64,000 nt of DNA from Candidatus Falkowbacteria bacterium (GCA_963774955.1 CAVZGV010000006.1:223224-287223), one strand, 5' to 3'; numbered from the stretch's first letter, positions 19,000 through 29,811 are shown. Notes: a model not told the origin generated them from the sequence alone. Numbers and translations: made by a program.

Positions 19000-20736
19000 T
19001 TAGAACATTATGCTAACCAAGGTATCCTTAATTTTTAAGACCTTATGAGCTAATTTAGAATTGTAATAGTTTCTAAAAATAGCAAAGGGAGTATAGAGTA
19101 CAATCATTGAATCAAAGAATAAAGATCTCTTTTTCAAATACTGCATATCATATTCCATATGTTCATATATCTGATCAGCTTTAAACGGAGAAATTTGCCA
19201 CAAGCCTGATAAACCCGGAATGAGTCTGAATCTTTCCAGGGCATTGCCCATATATTTATCTTTTAAAATCCATTGCTCCGGTCTGGGGCCGACAATACTC
19301 ATTTCACCAATAATGATGTTCAATAATTGAGGCAATTCATCCAAACAAGATTTGCGTAAAATTTTGCCCAAACGAGTCACTCTTTTGTCAGAGGTATCGT
19401 CTTTCGGGGCAAAATCATCACGGCACTGATCATAATACATGGTTCTGAATTTATAGATATAAAACGGCTTAAAATCCTTACCAACCCTTTTTTGGATGTA
19501 GAAAATCGGGCCTCTGGAATCAAGTTTAATCAGACCGGCAATAATCAGCCATAAGGGCAAAGTCACAATAAAGCCGGCAATACCCAAAAAGAAATCCAAG
19601 GCTCTTTTGATCTTTTCATATACAATTTTATTAGTGTATTTCATTTGGTATAAATTAATAAATTTATTGGTAATTGTCTCCCAATTATAAGTTTCAACTA
19701 CATATTTCTGAGCAGCCAGACCTCTTTCATTGACCAAATCGTGATTGGCCAGCATGTATTTCAATTTAGATTCCAAATCTGCAACATCAGTACTTTTAAA
19801 GGTAAAACCATGATTTTGCACCATAACTAAATTTTCCGCAATATCACTGACCAAAACAGCCTTTTGGAAACTCATGGCCTCCAAGATTGAAAAAGAAGCC
19901 GCTTCAATTTCTGAAGGTTGCACAAATAAATATGCGCCAGACATTACTTTGGCCCAGATTTTGCCGGTAATATTGCCGGTAAATACCACCCGGCTGTCTT
20001 TAGCCGCTAATTGTTCTAATGATTTAACATACTGATCAGTATTGCTGGAAGCTCCGGCAATAACCAGTTTGAAATCCGTATTAATATTTTTAAAAGCTTC
20101 GATCAGATAATGGGCGCCTTTTTCCGGCACTAAGCGAGCCATAAATAAAATATATTTACCGGCCTGCAGATTAAATTCCTCAATTTTATCACCGGTCCAA
20201 ATTTCTGGTTGATTGACGCCGTTAGCGATATATTCAGCCTCAACATCATATTTTTCCTTATAATATTCTTTGGTCTGTTCCGAAACGCAAACAATCTTAT
20301 CAGCGGTATAAACAGAAACCCACTCAGCCAGTTTTAAGAATAACTTAGCTACAGGTCCCCATTTGGCTCTTTGCCAGTCAAGACCGTGGTTAGTGACTAT
20401 AATTTTAATATTAGGTCTGAAAATTTTCGGTATAATTGAAAAAATTGCCGGACCGATTGCCTGATAATTGACCACGTTAACCTTCTGAAACAGTAAATGC
20501 ATAGTCGCCAAAAAAGTATGGAGAGTGGCATCCAGATGCTTGGTTTTTATGGTTGGCAATGAAATCAGCTTAATGCCCTGATACTCCTTTAAACCCTTAT
20601 CAGAATAAAAAGGACGGGTATACGCAAAAACATCATGGCCTTGAGCCACTAATCTTTTGGCCAGTTCTTCGACGTGCCTTTCAGGGCCACCGCCTACAGC
20701 TGGAAGACCTTTTTGTCCGATAAAATAGATGTTCAT
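19000..20736 (-). CDS. GT4 glycosyltransferase fused to a priming sugar (phosphoglycosyl) transferase
   Basis: N-terminal GT4 (GGPERHV, RLVPEKG, ILEAMS); C-terminal Bac_transf (IKLDSRGPIFY, KFRTM, LDELPQL, SIVGPRP). Confidence 0.88.
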   Translation of the reverse strand: MNIYFIGQKGLPAVGGGPERHVEELAKRLVAQGHDVFAYTRPFYSDKGLKEYQGIKLISLPTIKTKHLDATLHTFLATMHLLFQKVNVVNYQAIGPAIFSIIPKIFRPNIKIIVTNHGLDWQRAKWGPVAKLFLKLAEWVSVYTADKIVCVSEQTKEYYKEKYDVEAEYIANGVNQPEIWTGDKIEEFNLQAGKYILFMARLVPEKGAHYLIEAFKNINTDFKLVIAGASSNTDQYVKSLEQLAAKDSRVVFTGNITGKIWAKVMSGAYLFVQPSEIEAASFSILEAMSFQKAVLVSDIAENLVMVQNHGFTFKSTDVADLESKLKYMLANHDLVNERGLAAQKYVVETYNWETITNKFINLYQMKYTNKIVYEKIKRALDFFLGIAGFIVTLPLWLIIAGLIKLDSRGPIFYIQKRVGKDFKPFYIYKFRTMYYDQCRDDFAPKDDTSDKRVTRLGKILRKSCLDELPQLLNIIIGEMSIVGPRPEQWILKDKYMGNALERFRLIPGLSGLWQISPFKADQIYEHMEYDMQYLKKRSLFFDSMIVLYTPFAIFRNYYNSKLAHKVLKIKDTLVSIMF

Positions 20737-20918
20737 ATTATTAATACTATATTTAGAGTTAATATAGTATCATAGCATAAATTTGCTAATCTGTCAATAA
20801 TATGACCGATTTGGCTTGCTATTTGGCTAAAATTAGACACTAAATCAATAAAAAAAGGCCTATTCCCCTTAGATAGACCTCTTACGTTAGTATATAATGC
20901 AAGATATGTCAAATTTTT

Positions 20919-22142
20919 TTAGCTCTCAATTATTTGCTGATAAGTAGCCTCAATTTTACTTAAATGGTCACTTGATTCACAGTACTTGCCAACAAAATCC
21001 CGGCCCTTCAACCCCATAGCTTTGACCTGATCAAGATTAGAATATAAAGCTTTAATTTTCAGTACCAAATCTTCGGCCTGGCCGACTTTAAATAAAGACC
21101 CGTTTTGCCCGTCTCTGACCAATTCAGGCAACCCGCCTAAATCTGAAGCAATAATCGGCTTGGCCATGGCCATAGCTTCCAAAACTGACAAAGGATTATT
21201 TTCATACCAAATAGAAGGTACAATCATAATCCTGGCCTGACTTAACAGTTTTTTAATCTCCTGGCAGTTTTTATAGCCCAGCAAAGTAACATTATTCAGA
21301 TTATAAGCCTGAATTAATTGCTCAATATTGTCCTTTTCCGGCCCCTGCCCAATAATCTGCAGCCTAATATCAGGCAAAGCTTTCATCGCCTCAATCAACG
21401 TCAAAATCCCCTTTTCTTTGGTTAGACGGCCGACATAGATCAAGCCTTCGCCTGAATTTTCCGATATTGGCCAGGCCTGTAAATCAATAAAATTATAAAG
21501 CTGCTTTACTTTTTTAGCCGGGACACCCCAGGCCGTAACTTTTTCTGCCAAAAATTTACTCGGTGCTATATATAAATCAACGACTCGATAACTATGCAGA
21601 ATCAACTTATGGACATACATTTCCAGCATGGCCAGAAAACTTGTGGCAGAAGACTCCTTTAAACAGCGGAATTTAAAGCAATTATAATATTTATGGACTT
21701 TACAGCGTTCACAAACCGCCCCCTGAGTAAATAAGCGGTAATTAGGACAAATCAGTTTATAATCATGCAAAGTCCAGACTACCGGTATTTTATATTTTTT
21801 TAAAACGCCTAAAATTGAAGGGCTGATCTGAAAACTAAAATTATGCAAATGGGCAATATCCGGCTTTTCTTTTTTTAATAAGGCTTCCAGCTTATGCCTG
21901 GCTTCACAGGAATAAATCAGATGAATGGCTTTTTTCAAATCCTTAAAAAGACCTTCGCGCTTATTAAAATTTATATTGTTCACAAAATACCCGCTATATT
22001 TCGAGGGCTGATTCTTTTCAGCCTGCATGGAAAATTCCAAAAGTTCATGGCCATTGGCTTTCAGCAATTTTGCCAATTCCAACATATAGATCTCCGATCC
22101 GCCATTGCGATAATAAAACTTGTTGATCATTAATATTTTCAT
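20919..22142 (-). CDS. Glycosyltransferase family 4
   Basis: GGSEIY, TLHDYKLICP, PSIWYENNPLSVLEAMA. Confidence 0.9.
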   Translation of the reverse strand: MKILMINKFYYRNGGSEIYMLELAKLLKANGHELLEFSMQAEKNQPSKYSGYFVNNINFNKREGLFKDLKKAIHLIYSCEARHKLEALLKKEKPDIAHLHNFSFQISPSILGVLKKYKIPVVWTLHDYKLICPNYRLFTQGAVCERCKVHKYYNCFKFRCLKESSATSFLAMLEMYVHKLILHSYRVVDLYIAPSKFLAEKVTAWGVPAKKVKQLYNFIDLQAWPISENSGEGLIYVGRLTKEKGILTLIEAMKALPDIRLQIIGQGPEKDNIEQLIQAYNLNNVTLLGYKNCQEIKKLLSQARIMIVPSIWYENNPLSVLEAMAMAKPIIASDLGGLPELVRDGQNGSLFKVGQAEDLVLKIKALYSNLDQVKAMGLKGRDFVGKYCESSDHLSKIEATYQQIIES

Positions 22143-22197
22143 AAAAAAACTACCTTTTTAAAAACACAATTAAACATTTATCAATGGTACCTGGGGG

Positions 22198-22310
22198 TTT
22201 GGGGGTGGCAACTAAGCGTCGCCATCAAAGCCACGAACGAACCATTAGCACTAGCGCATTTGCCACCCCCAAAACTTTTTTGCTTACTTTTTTAGTTATA
22301 AAAAAGTAAG
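22198..22310. repeat. Intergenic palindromic element
   Basis: tttgggggtggcaa...ttgccacccccaaa stem followed by cttactttttt...aaaaaagtaag. Confidence 0.6.
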
Positions 22311-22354
22311 AAGCCGACGGGCATGGCTATTTTTAAATTTATTACTCTAGTAAA

Positions 22355-23446
22355 TTATTTAGCCAATCTTTCATACACCGCCTCATATTTTTTCACCATC
22401 GTTTCCAGGCTGAACTTGGTCTGAACCTGAGTTAAGGCATTGGTAATTATCAGATTCCTTAATACAGAATCAGCCAAAATCTTATCAACTGCCTGGAAAA
22501 TAGCTTCTGGATCCTTGGGCTCAAATAAGAGCCCATTTTGCCCTGATTTGATGATTTCCTTAATACCCCCGACATTTGACGCCAAAACCGCTAAACCCAC
22601 GGCCTGGGCCTCTAAAATGACAATGCCAAGGCCTTCCCAGACTGACGGCAGAATAAACAGATCCATTTGCGGCAATATCTTGTCGATATCTTCTCTGGCG
22701 CCCCAAAAAGCAACTTTATCAGCAATGCCTAATTTTTGGGCCAGAACTTTTAAACTGGGAGCCATACTTCCGGTTCCGATTATATTCAGGCTAAAACCTG
22801 GATGTTTTTGTAAAATTTCAGGCACGGCTTGGAGCAAATAACGATGGCCCTTTTGTTCTTCAAGTCTGGCCACAACAATAGCCTTAAAACAATCCTGGTC
22901 AATTTCCTGTGCACCGCGATATTTAAACTTGTCTAAATCAACACCATTATAAATCACTTCAATTTTTTCCGCTTTAAGCCATTCGACTTTGATAGAATAA
23001 TCTTTTACTCCTGCAGAAACCGCAATTATCTTGACCGTAAACCAGGATAGAACCAGTTTAATAAATTTCATCAAACGGTTTTCCGCTAAACCGATATTAT
23101 GTTCAGTTGAGATAATAACCGGCACTCCGGCTAAAATAGCGGCCAGTCTGCCCCAGGTATCGCCCCCGAATAAATGAGTATGCACAATTTGGGGCTTAAT
23201 TTGTCTAAGTAATTTACACAGCTGCCAGATCAAACCCAGCCCCAGCTTTGATTTTTTTTGAAATACTTTAATCTGTATGGCTAACTTTTCAAACTCAGGC
23301 AAAAGCGGACCGTTACCAAGAATAGTAATGACTGTAATTTCAAATTTATTTTTATCCAGCCGGCGACAAATATCTAAAAGCAGCCTTTCAGCTCCGCCCA
23401 GGACAAAGTTATTAATAACGTAGACTATTTTAATTTTTTGATTCAT
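22355..23446 (-). CDS. Glycosyltransferase family 4 (start reassigned to MNQKIK)
   Basis: GGAERLL, ARLEEQKGH, PSVWEGLGIVILEA; ATG overlaps the stop of the upstream gene. Confidence 0.88.
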   Translation of the reverse strand: MNQKIKIVYVINNFVLGGAERLLLDICRRLDKNKFEITVITILGNGPLLPEFEKLAIQIKVFQKKSKLGLGLIWQLCKLLRQIKPQIVHTHLFGGDTWGRLAAILAGVPVIISTEHNIGLAENRLMKFIKLVLSWFTVKIIAVSAGVKDYSIKVEWLKAEKIEVIYNGVDLDKFKYRGAQEIDQDCFKAIVVARLEEQKGHRYLLQAVPEILQKHPGFSLNIIGTGSMAPSLKVLAQKLGIADKVAFWGAREDIDKILPQMDLFILPSVWEGLGIVILEAQAVGLAVLASNVGGIKEIIKSGQNGLLFEPKDPEAIFQAVDKILADSVLRNLIITNALTQVQTKFSLETMVKKYEAVYERLAK

Positions 23447-24843
23447 ATAGTTAATTCGTGTTTCGTTTTTCGGTTTCCTGCCTTTAAATTCTCCCGGCTT
23501 ATTTTTAAAGTTGCCATGGCCACGCCGATGGGAAACCAAACAGTCGCCAAATAATAGCTTGTGCCAAAAACCTGAAAAGTTAAAGAGCCGATAACTAAAG
23601 TCAGACTGCCTAATACCAGCCAAGAATACTGGGTATACGCGGCCGCTCGAAATCCTTGATATAAAGAATACACCAAGTAAAACAACAAAAAACCAAAGGC
23701 CAGCGTACCAATTAAACCAGTTTCCGCCAAGGTTTTAAAAACAAAGCCGTGGGCATCTAAGACCTCGCCATATTCGATTAAATACCATTTGACCTGAGAC
23801 ATGATTTTGGTAAAAACTCCGATACCGCTACCCAAAAATGGATGTTGTTTGAACAACATCAGGGAAACATCAATAAGTTTCAGCCGATTTAAAGTCGAGC
23901 TCAGAGTCAAGCCGGTAACAGTCAATTTGTACATAAAATACACAGCCGGAATGATCAAAAGCGCGGATAAATAAATAACCAAGGGACTGATTAATTTTTT
24001 AAATTCTCGGCGATAGCGAAAAACAAAAAGCACTAAAAATTCCACAGCCAAAGCAATCCAGCCAGCACGTGATAAGGTCAGCAGCTGAATCGCGATCATC
24101 AAAAACAAGCCGCTTAAATATAAGTTCTTCATAAAGATATCTTTTTCTTTCCAGTATAAAATAAAACCTATGGGAATAATGGAGATTAAAATCTCTGCCA
24201 GCTGGTTATGATTGCTACCAAGGGGATAAATTCCGGCCAGACTAATGGGCATCGCCTGACGAAAACCGACAACTGGCGGAAAAACCAAGGCCCAGGCACC
24301 CATAGCCACTAAACCAAGGCCCAACACGTACATAATCTTATAGATAATATCCAATTGTTTTAAATTCTTAATCAAATTGTAAGGCAATACCAAATACATC
24401 AAGTAGAAAAAAATTATTGGCCGGGCAATATATTTAAGGGAAAAATCCAGAATATCCCGGTCAACATTCAATAACGACAAGACACAAATAACCACGAATA
24501 ATAGCATCCATTGCCAGCCGGGAAAATCAGCAGAGCTTAAAAACTTATTTTTCGTTATGGCCAGATAAATTGTCTTGATGACCCAGGCGCTGAATAAAAC
24601 TAAAGCCAGCAGATCGACATAGGGTACATTTATATCCTGATAAATAAATTGCAGGTAAGTAAAAGGAAATAAAAAAGCCATGATATAAATGGCAATCATG
24701 GGGTAATAACTAAAAAGCCAAACCAAAATCAAAAAAATCAGCCCGATCAAGGCATACCAGCTATTATTCAAAGTAAAACCTGAGCAAATAAAACAAGCAA
24801 CCAGCAAAACAGTGAGCCAAATTTTATTATTAAACATTGGCAT
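23443..24843 (-). CDS. O-antigen ligase/Wzy-type polymerase
   Basis: About 12 TM segments; NHNQLA, LTLSRAGW, HPFLGSGIG, DAHG motifs. Confidence 0.85.
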   Translation of the reverse strand: MPMFNNKIWLTVLLVACFICSGFTLNNSWYALIGLIFLILVWLFSYYPMIAIYIMAFLFPFTYLQFIYQDINVPYVDLLALVLFSAWVIKTIYLAITKNKFLSSADFPGWQWMLLFVVICVLSLLNVDRDILDFSLKYIARPIIFFYLMYLVLPYNLIKNLKQLDIIYKIMYVLGLGLVAMGAWALVFPPVVGFRQAMPISLAGIYPLGSNHNQLAEILISIIPIGFILYWKEKDIFMKNLYLSGLFLMIAIQLLTLSRAGWIALAVEFLVLFVFRYRREFKKLISPLVIYLSALLIIPAVYFMYKLTVTGLTLSSTLNRLKLIDVSLMLFKQHPFLGSGIGVFTKIMSQVKWYLIEYGEVLDAHGFVFKTLAETGLIGTLAFGFLLFYLVYSLYQGFRAAAYTQYSWLVLGSLTLVIGSLTFQVFGTSYYLATVWFPIGVAMATLKISRENLKAGNRKTKHELTI

Positions 24844-24865
24844 AATTAGGCATAATTAGGCATAA

Positions 24866-25903
24866 TTATAATTTAACACCGAAAATTTTACTCTTAAGCA
24901 TCCAGAAAATCACCTGAAAAACATGCCTTTTCATCGCACTGCGCGCAGTACACATCATCCAATTATGCATATTTTTCTCTAAACTAATTGCTTCCTGGGC
25001 CTTAGGGCTTTGATATAACTCGGCGAAACTTTCAAAATCCTTAAGATTACCCATTTGATGGCCGGAAACATCAGAAGGATAGACTTGGCCAAGCGGATCA
25101 ATAAAGACATTATCCCGGCCGGAATAATTGGGTAAAAGTCGCTTATGGCTGACCAAAAAACGATATAAGGCAAAAACAAAATACGCCCGAGACCAATTCT
25201 TGGGCTGCCAACCGGCTAGTTCCCTGCTGATTAAACTGGCAAATTCTTTTTTAAACTCCGGCAATTTAGTTATTTTATTATCCGAGATATTAAAATAATT
25301 TTCCGCGTTATGCACCGCTGCCATAGTAAATTCTGCGCCTAATTCTTGAGACAGGTTATAGACCAGGGTCATTTGATCAATATTATAATCTCCAGCCGTA
25401 TAAGCAAGGCGCAAGTCTTTAACTCCGAGGGCTTTAACAGCCTTAATAGACGCCATTACTTTGTCAAAACCGCCGGGTATACCCCTTATCTGGTCATGTA
25501 GCTCGCCAAGACCGTCAAGGGAAAACCCTAAAATTATATCAGGCTTAATTTTTATAATTTCTTTAACTTTGGCCGTGATTAATTCAGTCGCAAAACCATT
25601 GGAATTAATAATGATTCTAACCTGAGGATTTTGTTTGACCAGTAACGCGACCAAAGCCACCAAATCTGACCTTAAAAACGGTTCGCCGCCGCTTAGATTT
25701 ACCTCCTTCATGTTGGCTGGTAATTTTTGATATTCTGACAACGCTAAAACAGACTGAACTTCGCTTTTCCAGATATTGCACATGCGACAACGTGAGTTAC
25801 AACTATAAGTCACAGCTAAAACAAAATCATTCGGCAACTCATTACGTGCCGTCAAATAGGACCAGGCCCATTTTAAATCTTGAAACAACTTACTTTTTGA
25901 CAT
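24866..25903 (-). CDS. Radical SAM protein with degenerate SPASM/twitch region
   Basis: CNSRCRMC, SGGEPFL, SLDG...HDQIRG. Confidence 0.88.
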   Translation of the reverse strand: MSKSKLFQDLKWAWSYLTARNELPNDFVLAVTYSCNSRCRMCNIWKSEVQSVLALSEYQKLPANMKEVNLSGGEPFLRSDLVALVALLVKQNPQVRIIINSNGFATELITAKVKEIIKIKPDIILGFSLDGLGELHDQIRGIPGGFDKVMASIKAVKALGVKDLRLAYTAGDYNIDQMTLVYNLSQELGAEFTMAAVHNAENYFNISDNKITKLPEFKKEFASLISRELAGWQPKNWSRAYFVFALYRFLVSHKRLLPNYSGRDNVFIDPLGQVYPSDVSGHQMGNLKDFESFAELYQSPKAQEAISLEKNMHNWMMCTARSAMKRHVFQVIFWMLKSKIFGVKL

Positions 25904-26182
25904 TATTTTTCAAGTGAATATTTATTGTTTGTTATTAAAAATTTTGGGAATTATTTAAAATCTGATTGCCAAGCAACAAAGTCCCGATTTTCTATCACTT
26001 ACTATTATTTTATCATATTTAAGCCGATTTTCACACTAAAATACTATCTAAACAAATCAACCCCATACCATGCGCTTGCGCTTAGGTACGGGGTCGATTT
26101 TATCTTGAGTTACTTATATATAATAAATATCACGTTTGACGATAACCGAAACGGGCATCGAAACCGGACAACGCCTAATGAT

Positions 26183-26977
26183 TTACTTCAAATGATCATG
26201 CATCGTAATTATGCGGGTCTTTCTGGATTCATTATCTGGCAAATCAGTAGAGAAACCAAAACCTTCCGCATTGGGACTATATTCTGCTTCATACTTAATA
26301 AAATCATTGTCAATATCATTATTTAGTCTTTGGCCGGAAAAATAACGGTTTGACTGAAAAGTTTTTACTTTTTTAGCTTCTTTTAAAATCACATAGTAAC
26401 CGCCGATAATTAAACCGCAGATTAAAGCAATAACCAAATTAATGGCGATATTCGGTCTCATCGGATATTTACTGATAAAAACATCGTCAACTACTTTAAT
26501 TTCCACATCAGTACCGCCGCCATGATATTCAGAGCCCTTATTTACCAAAACATAAGCAATGCTTCTGACTAATTGAGCCGCAAAAGTCCTATCTACATCA
26601 TAGACCGCAATTTCTAAAATACCTGATTCCGGCAGGACATTGGCTTCAATATTTTTTTGCCAAGCCTTTCTCCTTTCAGTCGCATCCGGAGAAAACTTAG
26701 TGCTAATCCCATTATTGGATTCAATTACTTCGTTATAAAAAGATGAAGTAAAAATAATACTGGCCAAATTTTTACCGATTTTTTCCGCTGATTTAGTGGC
26801 TGTATACGCATCTAAATTTTGAGCTTGCTTTTGAATAATCAGGATTTTGGTGGCAGCAGAATACTGAAACGGTGTAACCAAACTGATAATTAAAGCCAAA
26901 ATCACGGCTAACCCGGTAATCAACGCGATAAGCTCCCAATTTTTTCTTAAAATTTTTGAGTATTGTAAATTTTCCAT
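26183..26977 (-). CDS. Wzz/CpsC-like polysaccharide chain-length determinant
   Basis: Two TM segments flanking a loop; PFQYSAATKILI; proline motif before TM2. Confidence 0.8.
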   Translation of the reverse strand: MENLQYSKILRKNWELIALITGLAVILALIISLVTPFQYSAATKILIIQKQAQNLDAYTATKSAEKIGKNLASIIFTSSFYNEVIESNNGISTKFSPDATERRKAWQKNIEANVLPESGILEIAVYDVDRTFAAQLVRSIAYVLVNKGSEYHGGGTDVEIKVVDDVFISKYPMRPNIAINLVIALICGLIIGGYYVILKEAKKVKTFQSNRYFSGQRLNNDIDNDFIKYEAEYSPNAEGFGFSTDLPDNESRKTRIITMHDHLK

Positions 26978-27110
26978 ATGATTTTATTTAAATAAGGTTA
27001 ACTTAATAATATCTAGATAATATCACAAATATATGTATTTGTCAAGGCTAAAACCAAAAACTCCGCTTCCACGGAGTTTTTTCTCTAATCTTGGCCTATT
27101 TATAACGAAA

Positions 27111-28268
27111 TTATTTAATGATTATACTAATTTCCGTCTCCTGATTGTCTCTTAAGTATTTAATGCGTATTTCTTGTCCGGTTTTATAACCCAAAAGTAA
27201 TAATGATAAATCATTTTCCGCATCGATCTGCTGATTTTCCAGACTTAAAATAATATCACCTTTGACCAATTGCCCAACTAGAGGGCTATCCTCAGCAATT
27301 GCTACCCCGTTAATATTTGACCAAACCAAGGCGCCTTTAGGTGTGTCCTGAGCTTGAGATTCCTTTAAATTGAAAGTTTTGCTTAAATTAATATAATTAA
27401 TTCCCAAATATGGCCGGCTGATTTTTTCTTCTTTTAATACCTGGCTAAATATCGGGGTAATATAATTTATGGGAATTATCTGATTATAACCCAGATTGTC
27501 AGCCATCAAAAAACCCAAAGCCTCTCCCTGCAAATTAAAGACCGGAGCACCCTTCAAATCGCTGGAAAAATTTTTATTAATTAGCACTCTGGAAATCAAA
27601 CTTTCGCTGGAATTTACAAAGTCATATTTATCAGAAATCTGCTGATAATTTTTACTGACAATATTCGCCAAATAAAGCTGACCGCTGTAAATCTGAAGAC
27701 TGAAAAGTTGTTCCCCCAAAGTAGCTTTTTGCACGTCAGCCAATTTAACAACCGGCAAATTCTGGACATTTATTTTCAAAAAAACCATACCGGTTCGGTC
27801 ATCCCTGATAATTTTTTCCAAATCATAAGCCTTATTTTTATAATAAACAACCAAATCTTCCTTGGCTCTCGTGATTGCTTCTTGAGTGGCTAAAAGCCAG
27901 CCATCAGTAGTCAAGGCTAATGCCTGACCCTGAAAATCACTGGGCGCGAAAAAATTATCCAGATAGCTCTGGCTGATTTTCCTTTTCTTAAAAATACCCA
28001 AAACTGCAGGCTGAAGCTCATTTTTTAGCTGAGCCACACGCAAATTCTGTTCGACTACGACTTTACGAGGTTCTTGGATAATCAGATTATTTTGGCCTAA
28101 ATTGCTAGAATCGGTAAAATACAGATCACTGAAGAATTGAGTATTGGCTAAATAAGTCCTGGTGAATACTTCCCCGAAAATACCGGCAGCAAAGCCAATC
28201 AGTATTATTAGGGCTAAAGCACCGACATATTTTAAATTGTTTTTAGGCTTTTTAACAGTTTGTTCCAT
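27111..28268 (-). CDS. HtrA-like trypsin+PDZ protein lacking the catalytic triad
   Basis: TM anchor, GAPVFNLQGEALG, RPYLGI PDZ; catalytic motifs degenerate. Confidence 0.75.
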   Translation of the reverse strand: MEQTVKKPKNNLKYVGALALIILIGFAAGIFGEVFTRTYLANTQFFSDLYFTDSSNLGQNNLIIQEPRKVVVEQNLRVAQLKNELQPAVLGIFKKRKISQSYLDNFFAPSDFQGQALALTTDGWLLATQEAITRAKEDLVVYYKNKAYDLEKIIRDDRTGMVFLKINVQNLPVVKLADVQKATLGEQLFSLQIYSGQLYLANIVSKNYQQISDKYDFVNSSESLISRVLINKNFSSDLKGAPVFNLQGEALGFLMADNLGYNQIIPINYITPIFSQVLKEEKISRPYLGINYINLSKTFNLKESQAQDTPKGALVWSNINGVAIAEDSPLVGQLVKGDIILSLENQQIDAENDLSLLLLGYKTGQEIRIKYLRDNQETEISIIIK

Positions 28269-28283
28269 AAAAATTAAATATAA

Positions 28284-29054
28284 TTAACCCCAGGGCGAGG
28301 TAATTATTATGATTAATAATAAAACCGTACTAATAACTAAATAACGCCAAAACCATTTTTTGTCAAATGTCTCAGTCAGGCGCATTTTTAAAACAGTATA
28401 AATAAAATAATAAATTATAGTTAAAATAATACTATGGGCGTATAAAGTTGACGGCAGAAACGAAAGGGCCAGAAAAAATTCCAGAATTATAAGCGAGATA
28501 ATCAGAATATAAACAATTTTCAAACGATTCCGTTGTTTGGTGACCCAGAAAAATTGGCCTAAAATCAAAATCACGACCATAACTAAAATCAGGCTCAAGA
28601 TCCAAAAAGGCGGATTAAGAAAAATATTGATGGCGTTAAGATCCACAACCAATAAAAAGAAAATTAAAATATTAAGAAAAATTGAGGAATTGCCCAAAGA
28701 ATCTTTGTGATAGCCTTGCTGATAATAATAATACAAAAAAATACTTTCCAAGTATGCGGCCAAAATTAAAGCCAGCATAATTATAACGATATGTTGTAAA
28801 AATCCCCAGCCTAAGATCAGCAGAAAGCAAGTAGTCAATAAATATAGAAGCAACGGCAGGATAGCCAGCCCCCAGAAATTAAGGCTGAAAAATCTTTCCT
28901 TGATTAAATATTTCAAAATCCCGAGCAAAATGATGAACAAAAAAATCAAAATCAAGGCAATCAGCTGGAGATTTTGCATAAAATAAAATATAGATTCCAA
29001 GCCCAACAGAATCAAAACAGGACCGATTATAACGGAAAAACGTTTAAATAGCAT
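28284..29054 (-). CDS. Multi-pass membrane protein
   Basis: About 8 hydrophobic segments; overlaps the upstream gene's stop. Confidence 0.7.
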   Translation of the reverse strand: MLFKRFSVIIGPVLILLGLESIFYFMQNLQLIALILIFLFIILLGILKYLIKERFFSLNFWGLAILPLLLYLLTTCFLLILGWGFLQHIVIIMLALILAAYLESIFLYYYYQQGYHKDSLGNSSIFLNILIFFLLVVDLNAINIFLNPPFWILSLILVMVVILILGQFFWVTKQRNRLKIVYILIISLIILEFFLALSFLPSTLYAHSIILTIIYYFIYTVLKMRLTETFDKKWFWRYLVISTVLLLIIIITSPWG

Positions 29055-29811
29055 CTTTAAAATTAATTAAATTCTTTATTAATAACTTTATTATCACCTT
29101 ACCCTGGGCTAAATTAATTTCCTGAATTTGCCCAAGCAGGCTGACTGAATTTAAAAGACTGTTAAGCGCATTTGTGCCCAGATTTTCAATCAAAATAGAC
29201 CCGATAAAGCCCGGCAGTCTCAAGTCGCCTAACTTAAAATCAATTACCTTGAATTTTAATTTACCGTCATCAACTTCGGGTTTAGCATGAAGGGTTATAA
29301 TTACGTTCTTAGGGTTTTTACTTTTCATAAAAAATTCAACCAGATCAGACTTCACCGCAATTTGCCAAAATTCTATATCAGACTTAAACTGATCATTTTT
29401 GACCAGTTGATTATTCAATAAGCCCGTGAGCTCAGCTTCGCTAAGATCAAAATCGACCGCAATATTATCAGTCTTTTTCTGTTTTAATGCTTCGTTGGAA
29501 ACCAAAGAGGCCAGCCGTTTAATTATACTATTTTCATCGGCTTTCTGCGCAGTAACAAGATACAAGGGCTTGGGCTCATGATAAAAATAAGCGGTGAAAA
29601 CCGGAACTTGTCTCAAACCGCTTTTGGCCAGGACATATGAACCAAAACCTAAAAGAACTAAAAGTAAAAACAAAATAATCAGCAGACAGGTTCCGCAATT
29701 AAAAATCTTCTTGCTTTGCTTATGTTTAAGATCTTTTTTCAAACGGGAAATTTCAGCCTGCATCTGGTTCAAACTGCTATCGCCCACATTTCCTGGGTCT
29801 AATCTTGTCAT
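29044..29811 (-). CDS. Membrane-anchored hypothetical protein
   Basis: Single TM after CGTC; LSEAELT...KLGDLRLP. Confidence 0.65.
   Translation of the reverse strand: MTRLDPGNVGDSSLNQMQAEISRLKKDLKHKQSKKIFNCGTCLLIILFLLLVLLGFGSYVLAKSGLRQVPVFTAYFYHEPKPLYLVTAQKADENSIIKRLASLVSNEALKQKKTDNIAVDFDLSEAELTGLLNNQLVKNDQFKSDIEFWQIAVKSDLVEFFMKSKNPKNVIITLHAKPEVDDGKLKFKVIDFKLGDLRLPGFIGSILIENLGTNALNSLLNSVSLLGQIQEINLAQGKVIIKLLIKNLINFKDAI

Noticed and set aside
24841-24870. 10-bp tandem repeat (cataattagg) at the ligase start as a phase-variation switch
   Set aside because: Fewer than three copies and upstream of the coding frame; copy-number change would not shift the frame.
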